Shown here: positions 37,679 to 47,258 of the stretch, piece after piece
Numbering within the stretch: position 1 is the first letter of the stretch
Layout of the letters: each line of letters begins with the position of its first letter
Assembly (NCBI GenBank): GCA_963804955.1
Contig: CAWDSQ010000011.1
Coordinates: forward strand, 64,001 to 128,000
Direction: 5' to 3'
DNA from: an uncultured delta proteobacterium
GTDB taxonomy: Bacteria; Desulfobacterota; WTBG01; CAIYCZ01; CAIRTM01
DNA: 64,000 bases
Program-made: the position numbers and the translations under genes
The notes under the pieces: model-generated
Told to the model about the DNA's origin: nothing
Seen by the model: only the letters and a program-made list of their open reading frames with translations
The model's database searches: none

Positions 37679-37707
37679 AAAAAAAGGCGGGCATATGATG
37701 CCCGCCG
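37679..37707 (-). terminator. Intrinsic terminator after the PNPOx-like gene
   Basis: Minus strand GGCGGGCATCATATGCCCGCC followed by T7. Confidence 0.65.
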
Positions 37708-37718
37708 CAAGCAGCCGG

Positions 37719-38273
37719 TTAATGCGATGCCGGTATGTCTTCCATGGGCATCGGATTGCAGAGGCTGGCGCGGTTGTCGGCCATTCTGCCGCAGTTCATG
37801 CACATGTAATCGGGCTTTTTCGCAAGCTCTTTGATGAGGTCGAAACGTTCACTGCCGGCGATCTCGCAGAGATGCTGGGTATGGTCGCCGGAGCATTTTT
37901 CGCAGATCAGCGGCAATTCTCTATCAACGCGGAAATGGACCAGAAATTTAACAAGCTTGCCCGCGCCCGGATGCACATATTTATCGGTCATGGCACGGAT
38001 CTCTTCAAGAAGCGGCCCCGATGTCTCTTCTTTTGTTTTGTGGAGATAGAACCGCCTGCCGCCAAAGCCGCGCTCTTCTGCAAAAGCATACACCGCATTG
38101 GCGTTTTCCTGCAGGTTGGTGTGCGTGAGCCGGTCGGTCATGCCGAACACAAATGAGCCGTCTTTTTGCACCTGCGGCCGGGAATAGATGGCAATGTTGA
38201 TTTCTCCCTGGGCATTCGACGTGGCCAGAAAACCCTTGCCGTTGGTATTGCTGAAATATTCTTTCGCGTCCAT
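37719..38273 (-). CDS. Pyridoxamine 5'-phosphate oxidase-like protein with C-terminal Cys/His domain
   Basis: GFLATS...NIAIYSRP, LTHTNLQEN; tail HTQHLC...CMNCGR...LCNP. Confidence 0.8.
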   Translation of the reverse strand: MDAKEYFSNTNGKGFLATSNAQGEINIAIYSRPQVQKDGSFVFGMTDRLTHTNLQENANAVYAFAEERGFGGRRFYLHKTKEETSGPLLEEIRAMTDKYVHPGAGKLVKFLVHFRVDRELPLICEKCSGDHTQHLCEIAGSERFDLIKELAKKPDYMCMNCGRMADNRASLCNPMPMEDIPASH

Positions 38274-38582
38274 TGCTATCCCTCCTGCTGTGTGGTTTGT
38301 GGGAATAAAATGATACTAACAATATAGCATATGAATTTTAAATAAATTTCAGAATATACTCGTTTCCCTGCACGGAGCGGCGCAGGGGCGGGGCCCCCCC
38401 CCTGGTTGCGCTGCTTTTACATTCCTAACCCTCCTCGCAACCCTTCAGGGGGAGAGGAGCGAGGTGAGGGGGTCGTGTTTTTCGCAACTCAGGCGAAAAA
38501 TAAATTTCCTACCAGTCCGCGTCCTCTGTGCTGAGCAATTTTCCTGTCTTCTGAATTCTGGATTCTGACTCCTGCTCTTGAC

Positions 38583-38690
38583 CGGAATGTGCCGCGCAAG
38601 CCCCGCTTTGTAAGCGGGGTCAAGCGGCACGTCTCAAAAAAGTCAATCTTATCTACCGGGATGCCCCGCCTTGTATGCGGGGAGCATCAC
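38583..38690 (+). mobile_element. 108-bp non-autonomous IS200/IS605-like element, copy 1
   Basis: Follows TTGAC, ends TCAC, two CCCCGC..GCGGGG hairpins, near-identical inverted copy at 42071-42178. Confidence 0.75.
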
Positions 38691-38926
38691 TGCTACTCTT
38701 GACTACTGCCTTTATTTCCTTTGACAAATATTTTTTATTTTATTACTTATCATTTAAATTTGCATGCCTTTGAAGAGCGGGGTACAAAACTACACAAAGA
38801 TCAAATCACTGTAAAAATGGGAAAGAAACTGCCTGCTGAACAATGTTAAAGGATCCTTTGATGGTTAGGGAAGAATAATCAAAACTCAAGCATCAGCTGG
38901 ATGTACTGTATCGTGTCGACCCCTTT

Positions 38927-39217
38927 ATGAGCACGCTCTCGGATCTGAAGCAGCTTCTGGAGCAGATCATGCTGGAGAGCCAGGACATTACCGATGCCGA
39001 AGCAAGCAGCCTTGCCCTGTATGATGAGGCGGCACAAGACTTTGTCTTTGAAATTGTGCTGGGGGAAAAAGGCTCTGAAACCAAACAGCTCAGGGTGAAG
39101 TACGGAGAAGGCATAAGAACCTTTACCTGTTCTATTATCCACAGGAGTCAGGATGTTGACTGCTGTTCCGAATTAATACGGAAGCAATGCAACTCATTCA
39201 ACAAGGCACATGCGTAA
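38927..39217 (+). pseudogene. GAF-domain sensor fragment
   Basis: DLKQLLEQIM...AEASSLALYDE...FEIVLGEKG...YGEGI, then homology stops. Confidence 0.6.
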
Positions 39218-39319
39218 TATGGGTACATACTACAGTGCTTAAGCGTATCAGTATAGTTGAAGAGGGATAGAACAAGCTCCGGCAGCAGGGTGTCAAAGAT
39301 GCGCCCTACAAGGATCAGG

Positions 39320-40012
39320 ATGGCGAATATCCTCAAACGATTAAAAAAATATCTGCGTTTGTGCCTGACGATCCGTCAGCCGCTTATCCATTTCCGCAAG
39401 GATCTTGACGGCTTTTCACTGCCTGCAGATGCCTTTGAAGCGGTCGAGCGCAACGGCTGTAAGGTCTATATCGAGAGGGGAGACCGGCTTTCTGAATCCT
39501 ACCATAGTTTTTTCGCTCTATCATTGCATGCTTTTGCTTTCAAGCATATCAGCAGCCAGACGGTATGCGGTTTTATCGTCAAGGGCGATGTCCCTATAGC
39601 CTGTACCTTGTTGAACGTGGATGGGCTTGGGTTTTTGGGGTATCCGTTTGAGCGCATGATCCCATTCGACAGAGGGCACGGATATGGATGGGCCCTGTTC
39701 GTGAAAGAGGAATTCCGCAATCGGGGCTTTGGGGCGGCGCTTCATTTTCTTCAGTTCCAAACGGCAAAACAACAGGGCCTAAGGTTCTGCAACCGCTTTA
39801 TCGAAAAAGATAATTCGGTCCCCGTCCGTATTGCCGAAAAACTCGGGTATAAAAAGATCCGCGAGCTCGTCTTGATGCGGTTTTTCGGCTCCGATGCCCT
39901 TCTCATACTTGCGACAAGACCGGAGCAGCAGGTATACGCGCTGGCGCGCATGGCAGGCAAAAAAATATACATTTCAGGAGCTGCGCGAAAGAGAGCAGTA
40001 ATTGCGGCGTGA
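39320..40012 (+). CDS. GNAT-family acetyltransferase
   Basis: LFVKEEFRNRGFG acetyl-CoA motif A; DNSVP..EKLGY. Confidence 0.75.
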   Translation: MANILKRLKKYLRLCLTIRQPLIHFRKDLDGFSLPADAFEAVERNGCKVYIERGDRLSESYHSFFALSLHAFAFKHISSQTVCGFIVKGDVPIACTLLNVDGLGFLGYPFERMIPFDRGHGYGWALFVKEEFRNRGFGAALHFLQFQTAKQQGLRFCNRFIEKDNSVPVRIAEKLGYKKIRELVLMRFFGSDALLILATRPEQQVYALARMAGKKIYISGAARKRAVIAA

Positions 40013-40259
40013 AATTATTGTGGATGCTACAGAGATGCTTTTTTTTCGTGCAGCATTTCGTCAGATAAACATGAAAGATATTGCGGATGAAGCAAATGTT
40101 TCGGTTGCAAGTACCTACCGATATTTCGCATCACAGGATGATCTGTTGCTCGCGGTTTTTTTGAAACATATTGATACTGTTGACAAGCTGATTGAAGACC
40201 TTGTGTCGGCCGCTTCATCATCGCTGACGGATATTCCCTGTATTTATAAAAAGCGATAA
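40002..40259 (+). pseudogene. TetR-family HTH fragment
   Basis: INMKDIADEANVSVASTYRYFASQDDL; truncated. Confidence 0.65.
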
Positions 40260-40475
40260 TTGTTAAACCAAGATTGGCCTTCCTGGAGGCCTTTTTGTGT
40301 TGCATACACAACACACGGTATTTATTCTATATTGACATAAAATATCGCTTTTGTTATATTTTTTTCAATCATGGAGTGATTTAATTAATATAATCACTGC
40401 GGGTTTATTCCCAGTCCGCTTGCGGCGGGGTGGTTCATTTATTTTTTTCGAAAAAATGGGATTATAAAAAGATAA

Positions 40476-41927
40476 GTGATGAAAAATTTTAATAAAATAC
40501 ACGCTTATTTTATAAGCAAAATAACTTTTCCCCTGTCTAATTACCTTTATAATAGGAAAAATATTTTAACAAATTATAAAAAATTAATTAAATCAGAATA
40601 TTATACTGAAGAGAGCCTAAGAGCCATTCAATTGAAAAGGCTTAAAAGGACCATAGAATACAGTAACCGGTACGTGCCATATTATCAAAAAAAATTTAAA
40701 GAAATAGGCCTTCAGCCTGAAGATATAAAACAGCTCGAGGATATTAAACTAATTCCACCGCTCAACAGAGAGGAACTTATTGAACATCGTAAAGACATGG
40801 TTGATAGACGATTCTCCTCTTCAATACCAGTAGCAGATTGTCGTAAAGGAGAACCCGGTGCCCCTATTCCATTTGCGCTTTTTCGAAAGCATAAATTAGT
40901 AAGAGATACATCCAGCGGATCCACGGGAACTCCTAAAATTTTTTATGAAAACGGCTCTAAATCCGCCCTGAACTGGGTATATGAATTGAGGTTGAAAAAC
41001 TGGTATGGCATTCAACAGGGCGCACGAGAAGCCAGAATAGTAAATGTATCGGCAGAGCACATGCCAAATGACAAAATTATGCAATTGAGAAAATTGTTAT
41101 GGAACAATATGATGTTACCGGGCCTCAATTTGAAAGACACGCATTATGAAGTGTGCCTTCAGGGTATAATAAAATTCAGGCCGGAAATCCTTTGGGGTAT
41201 TCCATCAGCTCTTGTCGGTTTAGCCGAATATATCCAAGAAAATAAAAAGGAATTGGGTATGTACCGTCCAAAACTGATTATTGGAAGGGCCGCACCCGTT
41301 TATGATCATGAAGAAAAGTTTCTAAAAAGCGTCTTCAAGTGCCCGGTAGGTGATCTTTACAGTGCAAGGGAAGTAGGTCATATCGCAGCCAAATGTCCTG
41401 AGGGGCAGTTTCATATTAACCAGGAAAATTTGCTCGTTGAAAGTGAAAGAGAATTCATAGGGATGAAGGGTAACGGTCCGGGAGATATTCTGATCACAAC
41501 GCTGTACGAATCACCAATGCCTTTTATGCGCTATCGTCTGGGTGATATTGGAGAAGTTGCATCATCCACATGTTCTTGCGGAAGGACGCTTCAAATATTG
41601 AAAAACCTTTTGGGCCGAACTGAAGAAATATTTAAAACAAAAGACGGCAGAATGATTTCATCCATTTTTTGGGACCAAACATTCATGCATGATGCTTTGG
41701 CAAGAGCAATTAAAAGGTTTCAAATACTTTATACAAAGGAAAGAAATATATCTATAAAAATCGTCAGAAACGATAATTATTCGCATGAAACAGAAATTTA
41801 TTTAAAAAAAGCAATAAAGAAAAACTTTGACCCGGAGACTAAAGTTGAACTTATTTACGTCTCGAATATCAAACCACAGCGCTCAGGAAAATATCAAATT
41901 GTAAAATGGGAAAAAGACTTCTCATGA
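40476..41927 (+). CDS. Phenylacetate-CoA ligase/CapK-like adenylate-forming enzyme
   Basis: VPYY, TSSGSTGTP, YSAREVG, MPFMRYRLGD, GRTEE, SGKY; AT-rich. Confidence 0.85.
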   Translation: MMKNFNKIHAYFISKITFPLSNYLYNRKNILTNYKKLIKSEYYTEESLRAIQLKRLKRTIEYSNRYVPYYQKKFKEIGLQPEDIKQLEDIKLIPPLNREELIEHRKDMVDRRFSSSIPVADCRKGEPGAPIPFALFRKHKLVRDTSSGSTGTPKIFYENGSKSALNWVYELRLKNWYGIQQGAREARIVNVSAEHMPNDKIMQLRKLLWNNMMLPGLNLKDTHYEVCLQGIIKFRPEILWGIPSALVGLAEYIQENKKELGMYRPKLIIGRAAPVYDHEEKFLKSVFKCPVGDLYSAREVGHIAAKCPEGQFHINQENLLVESEREFIGMKGNGPGDILITTLYESPMPFMRYRLGDIGEVASSTCSCGRTLQILKNLLGRTEEIFKTKDGRMISSIFWDQTFMHDALARAIKRFQILYTKERNISIKIVRNDNYSHETEIYLKKAIKKNFDPETKVELIYVSNIKPQRSGKYQIVKWEKDFS

Positions 41928-42019
41928 TACTACAGATCTTTTTTTGATATGAGCCTTTGGCGAGCCGGAATAACTGTGGAGGTCCTTTCGAACTCTGCGT
42001 TAAACCAGAGATAATCAGA

Positions 42020-42410
42020 ATGAAACTCAGAAAATATATTTTTTGAGTAAGTATATAAGAATCAGTGTAAGTGATGCTCCCCGCCTACAAGGCGGGGCAT
42101 CCCGGTAGATAAGATTGATTTTTTTGAGACGTGCCGCTTGACCCCGCTTACAAAGCGGGGCTTGCGCGGCACATTCCGATCAAAAGAAGAGATTTAAAGA
42201 ATTCAATTCGGCCTTTTGAAATCGATCGTTTCGCATGCGTATGAGACAGTTTCTTGTTATCGGAGATTTTTTCAACACGCAAATATTCTTACCAATGAAA
42301 TTAAATCATTGAATGAGCCGAATAAAATTCATGTGACAAGAAAAAAGGATTTGCTGTCTTTGGAGACGAATCAGCTCGTATCTTTATCCTATCAGCAAAA
42401 GGTCAATTGC
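42020..42410 (+). pseudogene. N-terminal remnant of a second CapK-like gene, interrupted by the 108-bp element
   Basis: NQCK|SKEEI*RIQFGLLKSIVSHAYETVSCYR..; frame restored on removing the element. Confidence 0.6.
42071..42178 (-). mobile_element. 108-bp non-autonomous IS200/IS605-like element, copy 2
   Basis: On minus strand follows TTGAT and ends TCAC; no target duplication. Confidence 0.75.
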
Positions 42411-42445
42411 CGGTTTGGAAAAAGATCGCGGCACCTTTTGGAAAA

Positions 42446-43666
42446 ATGAAAGAACTACCTTCAATTATCTATGATTGGATGCCAAAAGGCGTGAGAAATT
42501 TTATTTCTCCCGTATTAGAGCCGGCCTATTCCTTCCTGAAAAGATGTGTTTTGTTGGCCGATAAAATTCGATGGCCTGTTTGTGTACTCAGGGGAAAAGA
42601 AAAATGGAGCAATGAGAATCTTACAGTTTTATGTTGTGCCGCAGAACAGATGGTGACCTATCTTTCCAGTATTCTGTATTCGGGGGAACCTGAAAAAGAA
42701 AGTCTTGGGAAGTGTTTTATATGGCAGGTCGAATCCAGATTTAATTCAGAAAAATTTACTGCTGATTTGATTTTTATTGAAACGGACAAAATATTTTCCC
42801 CTTTCCTGAGGCAGCGCGGATTTAAAATCATCCCACAGTGGATTTTATTCATCCTTGAAATTTCAAGGCCATTATCTGAAATTTGGAGAGAGATAAAAAA
42901 TAAAAGCCTGTCGGACAACCTGAGAATAGTTCGGAAGTATCAATATGTTTACGAAATGACACGAGATCTTGCAAAATATAATGACTGGTATCGTCAAATG
43001 TATGTGCCTTATGCACTGGAGCGGTTCGGAGACGCTTCAATGACTTACGGTTTTCGAAAATTAAAGAGAACCTTTGAAAGGGGTCAAATTCTGTTTGTTA
43101 AGAGAGACAATGACCATCTGGCTGGAACCTTAATCGTGACACATGGAAAAGATGCCTGGGTACATTCATTAGGAATAAGAACCGGGAACCACAATTTCTT
43201 AAAACAGGGGGTTGTTTCAGCCTCATATTATTTCACGGTTCTATGGGCAAAAGAAAAAGGATATGAACATATAGACTTTGGCCATTGCCGTCCTTTTCTT
43301 AATGATGGTGTTTTTATTTATAAAAAAAATTGGGGGATGGCGGTTAAGAAAAGTAACCGAATGCAAAGCGTTTTAGGTCTCAAGGTATTCAATCCAAGTC
43401 AAGGTGTAAAAGCTTTTTTAGCAAATAACCCGTTCGTCTTCATTGACCGGGGAAAGATGAAGGGATTTGTTTTAATTCAAAAAAATGATCCGCTTACACC
43501 TGGAGAGGTTCGATCTCTATTCAAAAAATACTATATTTCCGGTCTCGATTGCCTGATCATTAATTCCCCCCAGGGTTTTACTTCAAGTGCCCGGGAAACA
43601 GCTGCGATAGAATTCCCCCAAACCCTTTATCTGACAGAAATGGACTTGAAAACGTTTTTCAAGTAA
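42446..43666 (+). CDS. GNAT/FemAB-like acetyltransferase-fold protein
   Basis: YYFTVLWAKEKGYEHIDFG...GVFIYKKNWG; AT-rich. Confidence 0.65.
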   Translation: MKELPSIIYDWMPKGVRNFISPVLEPAYSFLKRCVLLADKIRWPVCVLRGKEKWSNENLTVLCCAAEQMVTYLSSILYSGEPEKESLGKCFIWQVESRFNSEKFTADLIFIETDKIFSPFLRQRGFKIIPQWILFILEISRPLSEIWREIKNKSLSDNLRIVRKYQYVYEMTRDLAKYNDWYRQMYVPYALERFGDASMTYGFRKLKRTFERGQILFVKRDNDHLAGTLIVTHGKDAWVHSLGIRTGNHNFLKQGVVSASYYFTVLWAKEKGYEHIDFGHCRPFLNDGVFIYKKNWGMAVKKSNRMQSVLGLKVFNPSQGVKAFLANNPFVFIDRGKMKGFVLIQKNDPLTPGEVRSLFKKYYISGLDCLIINSPQGFTSSARETAAIEFPQTLYLTEMDLKTFFK

Positions 43667-43782
43667 TCGAAATTCGCTGCACAAGCGTAATATGCCCCTA
43701 TTTTAAAATGTCCGAATAAAAAGCAGTTAACATGCAGCTGGGGTTAGTCTCTACTTTTAGGTATATACTTTAAGGGGGCTCC

Positions 43783-44011
43783 ATGCATACAGCAAAACTT
43801 TTTACCAATGGCAAAAGCCGGGCGGTGCGGTTGCCCAGGGAATACAAATTTTCCGGGGCTGAAGTCTATATCAAACGAATTGGCCGCAATGTCCTGCTCA
43901 TCCCGAAAGACAATCCCTGGGCATCCCCTGCTGAAAGTCTTGATACATTCTCCAGCGATTTCATAGCAGAGCGGCAGCAACCTCCAGCACAAAGCAGGGA
44001 GGCATATGTAA
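43783..44011 (+). CDS. vapB: VapB antitoxin (AbrB/SpoVT fold); stop apparently shifted
   Basis: TAKLFTNGKSRAVRLPREYKF...FSSDFIAERQQP. Confidence 0.8.
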
Positions 44012-44344
44012 GTGCACTGCATGCTCGACACCACTATCTGCATCTATCTCATCAAAAAGAAGCTTGCCGAGCTTGAATACGGCGTTGAAAAAAGCGCGCT
44101 GCCCGATAAAAACCGCGATGCCCTGGATACGTTTCTCGCACCGTTTGAGATCATGCCTTTTGATGACCGTGCAGCTCTTGAGCCCGGACGCATTAGAGCC
44201 GGTCTTGAGCGCAAAGGAAAGCTGATTGGCTCCATGGATATGCTGATTGCAGCCCATGCTCAAAGCCTTGGCGTAACGCTTGTCACCAACAATCCAAAGG
44301 AGTTTAAACTGGTGCCGCACCTGCGGGTGGAGAACTGGGTTTAG
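44012..44344 (+). CDS. vapC: VapC PIN-domain toxin with internal deletion
   Basis: MLDT.ICIY, AELEYG, IGSMDMLIAAHA, LVTNN.KEF...ENW. Confidence 0.8.
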   Translation: MHCMLDTTICIYLIKKKLAELEYGVEKSALPDKNRDALDTFLAPFEIMPFDDRAALEPGRIRAGLERKGKLIGSMDMLIAAHAQSLGVTLVTNNPKEFKLVPHLRVENWV

Positions 44345-44499
44345 ACCTTTACAACCACAATCAAGGGGAAAGCAATTCAACTAATTCAACAACGCCGCCT
44401 TTTCCACCTCTGCAGGTTTTGCTTTTTATGCTATGTATACAGGTACATGCGGGCATCCGCGCACACTTAATCCTTTAGAAGGGGAAAGGAGACAGAATC

Positions 44500-45675
44500 G
44501 TGGTGTATTACAAAAAAAGTTACCGTGTCGTTTGTATTGCATTGCTGCTGGTTGCAGCAACAGCCGTCGCAGCTCCGGCCGAGACCTACGTATTTGATAT
44601 AAAGTGGGGCACGAATGGCTCAGGAGATGGGCAGTTCGAGGGGCCCTGGGGCATAGCCCTTGATGCATCGGGCAATGTATTTGTGGCCGATTCGCAAAAT
44701 GATCGCATTCAAAAATTTGACGCCGACGGAACCTTTATTAAGGCATGGGGGTCACAAGGCGCCGATGCGGGAGAATTTCACAATCCGGACGGCATTGCCG
44801 TTGATGCATCGGGCAATGTGTTTGTCGCCGACTGCTTCATCCAGCGGATCCAGAAATTCGACAATGACGGAAACTTCATAACCGAGTGGGGCATTCAGGG
44901 CGACGACAACGGCGAGTTTGAATATCCCGTTGGCGTAGCTGTTGATTCCTCGGGCAATGTATTTGTGGCTGACATGGACAATCACTGCATCCAGAAATTC
45001 GACAATAACGGCGCGTTTCTAGCCAAATGGGGAGGCATCAAGGGCGCCGGCCAGGGTGAGTTCGATTCCCCGACCGGCGTGGCTGCCGACGCCTCGGGAA
45101 ATGTGTACGTGGCCGATAATTTCAACCAGCGCATTCAAAAGTTCGATAATGACGGGGCCTTCATAACTGAATGGGGCGGCGCAGGCGATGGCGATGGGCA
45201 GTTCTACTGGCCCACCGGCGTGGCCGTTGATGCGGCCGCCAATGTCTATGTTGCACAAGGAGGGCTGGGCCTGCTGAAGAAATTTGATACCAATGGAAAC
45301 TTCATCACCAAATGGGCCTCCAACGGCACCGACGACGGCGAACTCTCCAACCCGAATGCGCTGGCCGTGGATGCCGAGGGCCGCGTCTATGTGTGCGACC
45401 AAGGCAACAGCCGCGTTCAGAGATTTAAGCCCTCCTCAACCGGCGGCTGCGCAGCCGCTTCTCTCTACGGTGACCAGGCCCCGGAGACCGCGCTTTTGCG
45501 AAACTTTCGGGATTCTGTGCTTACAGGCACGGCCGTCGGCCGCAGGGGCATCGCGCTCTACTACCGGTGCAGCCCGGCTATTGTCGAACTCATGCAGCGC
45601 AGCCGGCCTGCACGGGTTGCGGCAAAAACAGTGGCCGATTGCATCGTCGCGGTACTGGGCTGGCGCATGAAATGA
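44500..45675 (+). CDS. Secreted NHL-repeat six-bladed beta-propeller with CFI-box-CTERM-like tail
   Basis: Six G.GDG.F..P.G.AVD..GNV.VAD..N.RIQKFD repeats; CAAASLYG...LRNFRD.VL...IALYY..SP. Confidence 0.9.
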   Translation: MVYYKKSYRVVCIALLLVAATAVAAPAETYVFDIKWGTNGSGDGQFEGPWGIALDASGNVFVADSQNDRIQKFDADGTFIKAWGSQGADAGEFHNPDGIAVDASGNVFVADCFIQRIQKFDNDGNFITEWGIQGDDNGEFEYPVGVAVDSSGNVFVADMDNHCIQKFDNNGAFLAKWGGIKGAGQGEFDSPTGVAADASGNVYVADNFNQRIQKFDNDGAFITEWGGAGDGDGQFYWPTGVAVDAAANVYVAQGGLGLLKKFDTNGNFITKWASNGTDDGELSNPNALAVDAEGRVYVCDQGNSRVQRFKPSSTGGCAAASLYGDQAPETALLRNFRDSVLTGTAVGRRGIALYYRCSPAIVELMQRSRPARVAAKTVADCIVAVLGWRMK

Positions 45676-45695
45676 CCGTGGCTGCAGCAAACAAC

Positions 45696-45731
45696 AGGAG
45701 CGGATGCGTTGTTCTACGCATCCGCTCTTTT
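45696..45731 (+). terminator. Intrinsic terminator
   Basis: GAGCGGATGCGT...ACGCATCCGCTC followed by TTTT. Confidence 0.75.
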
Positions 45732-46068
45732 ACAAAGCGCATGGATTAATTTTTAGGAAAAAAGATCAATGCGATCCTTAATTCGCCTGTTTTTCGCCCT
45801 CTCAGCGAAAAACAAATAACATTTTTACCTCTGCGGTCTCTGCTCCTCTGCGGTGAATTTTTTCTGCCTTTTGCTCTTCCCTTCCGCTTTTTTATTTTTG
45901 ACCCCTGAACCCTGTTTTTTAAAGTTTGACAAATATTTTTTATTTTATTACTTATCTTTAAAACCTGCATGCTCTTCTAAGCGGGGGGAACCAAGCCGCA
46001 CGCAATGACCACGCCATTAAAATTTCGGAATATGATAGAAGACTGCCATGAAGGATTCAAAACAAATG

Positions 46069-46290
46069 GATCGATTCCCTCCTGACTTTATGTTCGTGTT
46101 TACATCGAGTGAATAGGAGTCTTTAAGGCGCCAGTTTGGTACCTTAAGCGCCAGACCAATGATCGCTTCGTAGGGGCGTATGGCATACGCCCAATTTCCG
46201 CTTGATCATCTGCTGGCAGTTGAAGAGCGGCCGAAAAGCAAAATCGGGTTTATTGCAAAAGAAAAACGCGTAGCGTATGCGGTGAAGTAA
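46069..46290 (+). pseudogene. ORF6N-domain gene scar with internal REP-like palindrome, copy 1
   Basis: DRFPPDFMFVFTSSE*ESLRRQFGTL joined via GTAGGGGCGTATGGCATACGCCC to LLAVEERPKSKIGF.AKEKR.AY. Confidence 0.65.
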
Positions 46291-46392
46291 AAAACAAGAA
46301 GCAGTGTGAGTACGTTTGTGTAGTTTGTCAACAACGCCGCCCCAGTTCCCCGGATGCGGGGACATCTGCAGGCGGAAAAATCAGGAGCGCCT

Positions 46393-46785
46393 ATGAAACC
46401 AATTATTATCGTCGGCACCGTCATCGTCCACCTGGCACTGATATCCTACGGTATCGGTATTATTTCCGAACAGATCAAGCACCGGGTAACCCGGCCCATT
46501 CTTATATTTCTCGGATGCGGGCTGTTCTTTGACCTCACCGCAACCGTATGCATGATAATGGGCTCCGGCCGCGGCTTTATTTCACAGCACGGTTTTCTGG
46601 GGTATTCCTGCCTGCTGGCAATGGCGGTTGACTCCGCCCTGGTTTTGCGGCACCGATTAAAATACGGCGATCAGGAAGTGCCCCGGGCTTTGCATGTTTT
46701 GTCGCGGTATGCCTATGTGTTGTGGGTATTGGGCGCATATATAACCGGGGGGCTGCTTGTCTTTTTCAGAATGAGCGCGAGATAG
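46393..46785 (+). CDS. Small four-TM membrane protein (HsmA/DUF420-like)
   Basis: ALISYGIGIISE, GLFFDLTAT..M, HG.LG...L.M; AGGAG RBS. Confidence 0.7.
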   Translation: MKPIIIVGTVIVHLALISYGIGIISEQIKHRVTRPILIFLGCGLFFDLTATVCMIMGSGRGFISQHGFLGYSCLLAMAVDSALVLRHRLKYGDQEVPRALHVLSRYAYVLWVLGAYITGGLLVFFRMSAR

Positions 46786-46991
46786 TCCGTAGGGCGCACC
46801 CTGCAAACTGCCAAAGAAATACGCGCAAAGTATGCAGCGTAGTCAACAACAGCTTGCATCGCGGGTTGCTTGATTGCGTCCTGAAAGGGCGTAATTAAAA
46901 ACACAGAGTGTTTCTGTTGCCTTCTTCAGGGGCCAACGCCAGAGGCCATTGTTTTCTGAAGACAATAAAATGAAATCGGGGGGTTGTGATT

Positions 46992-47195
46992 TTAGAGCAT
47001 TTAACTAAATCTTGTAACCGAAAATCAGAAAACAGTTGAATGCGTTAGCTGTATGACTTCATTACTTGTCATTCCCGCTTGACGGGAATCCTTTTTGGTG
47101 TGCAGAAAAATGATTCCGGGCAAGCCGGAATGACCGAGGACTGTGTTGCTCATCAACTCATGAATATTGGTTAAGTAATTTGTTAAATGCTCTAA
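46992..47195. mobile_element. MITE with TTAGAGCATTTAAC TIRs enclosing a GTCATTCC...GGAATGAC palindromic element
   Basis: 14-bp perfect IR at 46992-47005 and 47182-47195; inner element 47068-47134. Confidence 0.7.
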
Positions 47196-47258
47196 TACAA
47201 TCGTCCCTGTTACTGCATAAAAAAGCACTTGCAAAAGGTATCAATTGATACTATATCT

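Noticed and set aside
44500..45430. Periodic repeats of about 141 bp as a CRISPR array
   Set aside because: In-frame NHL protein repeats with synonymous variation; no unique spacers or cas genes
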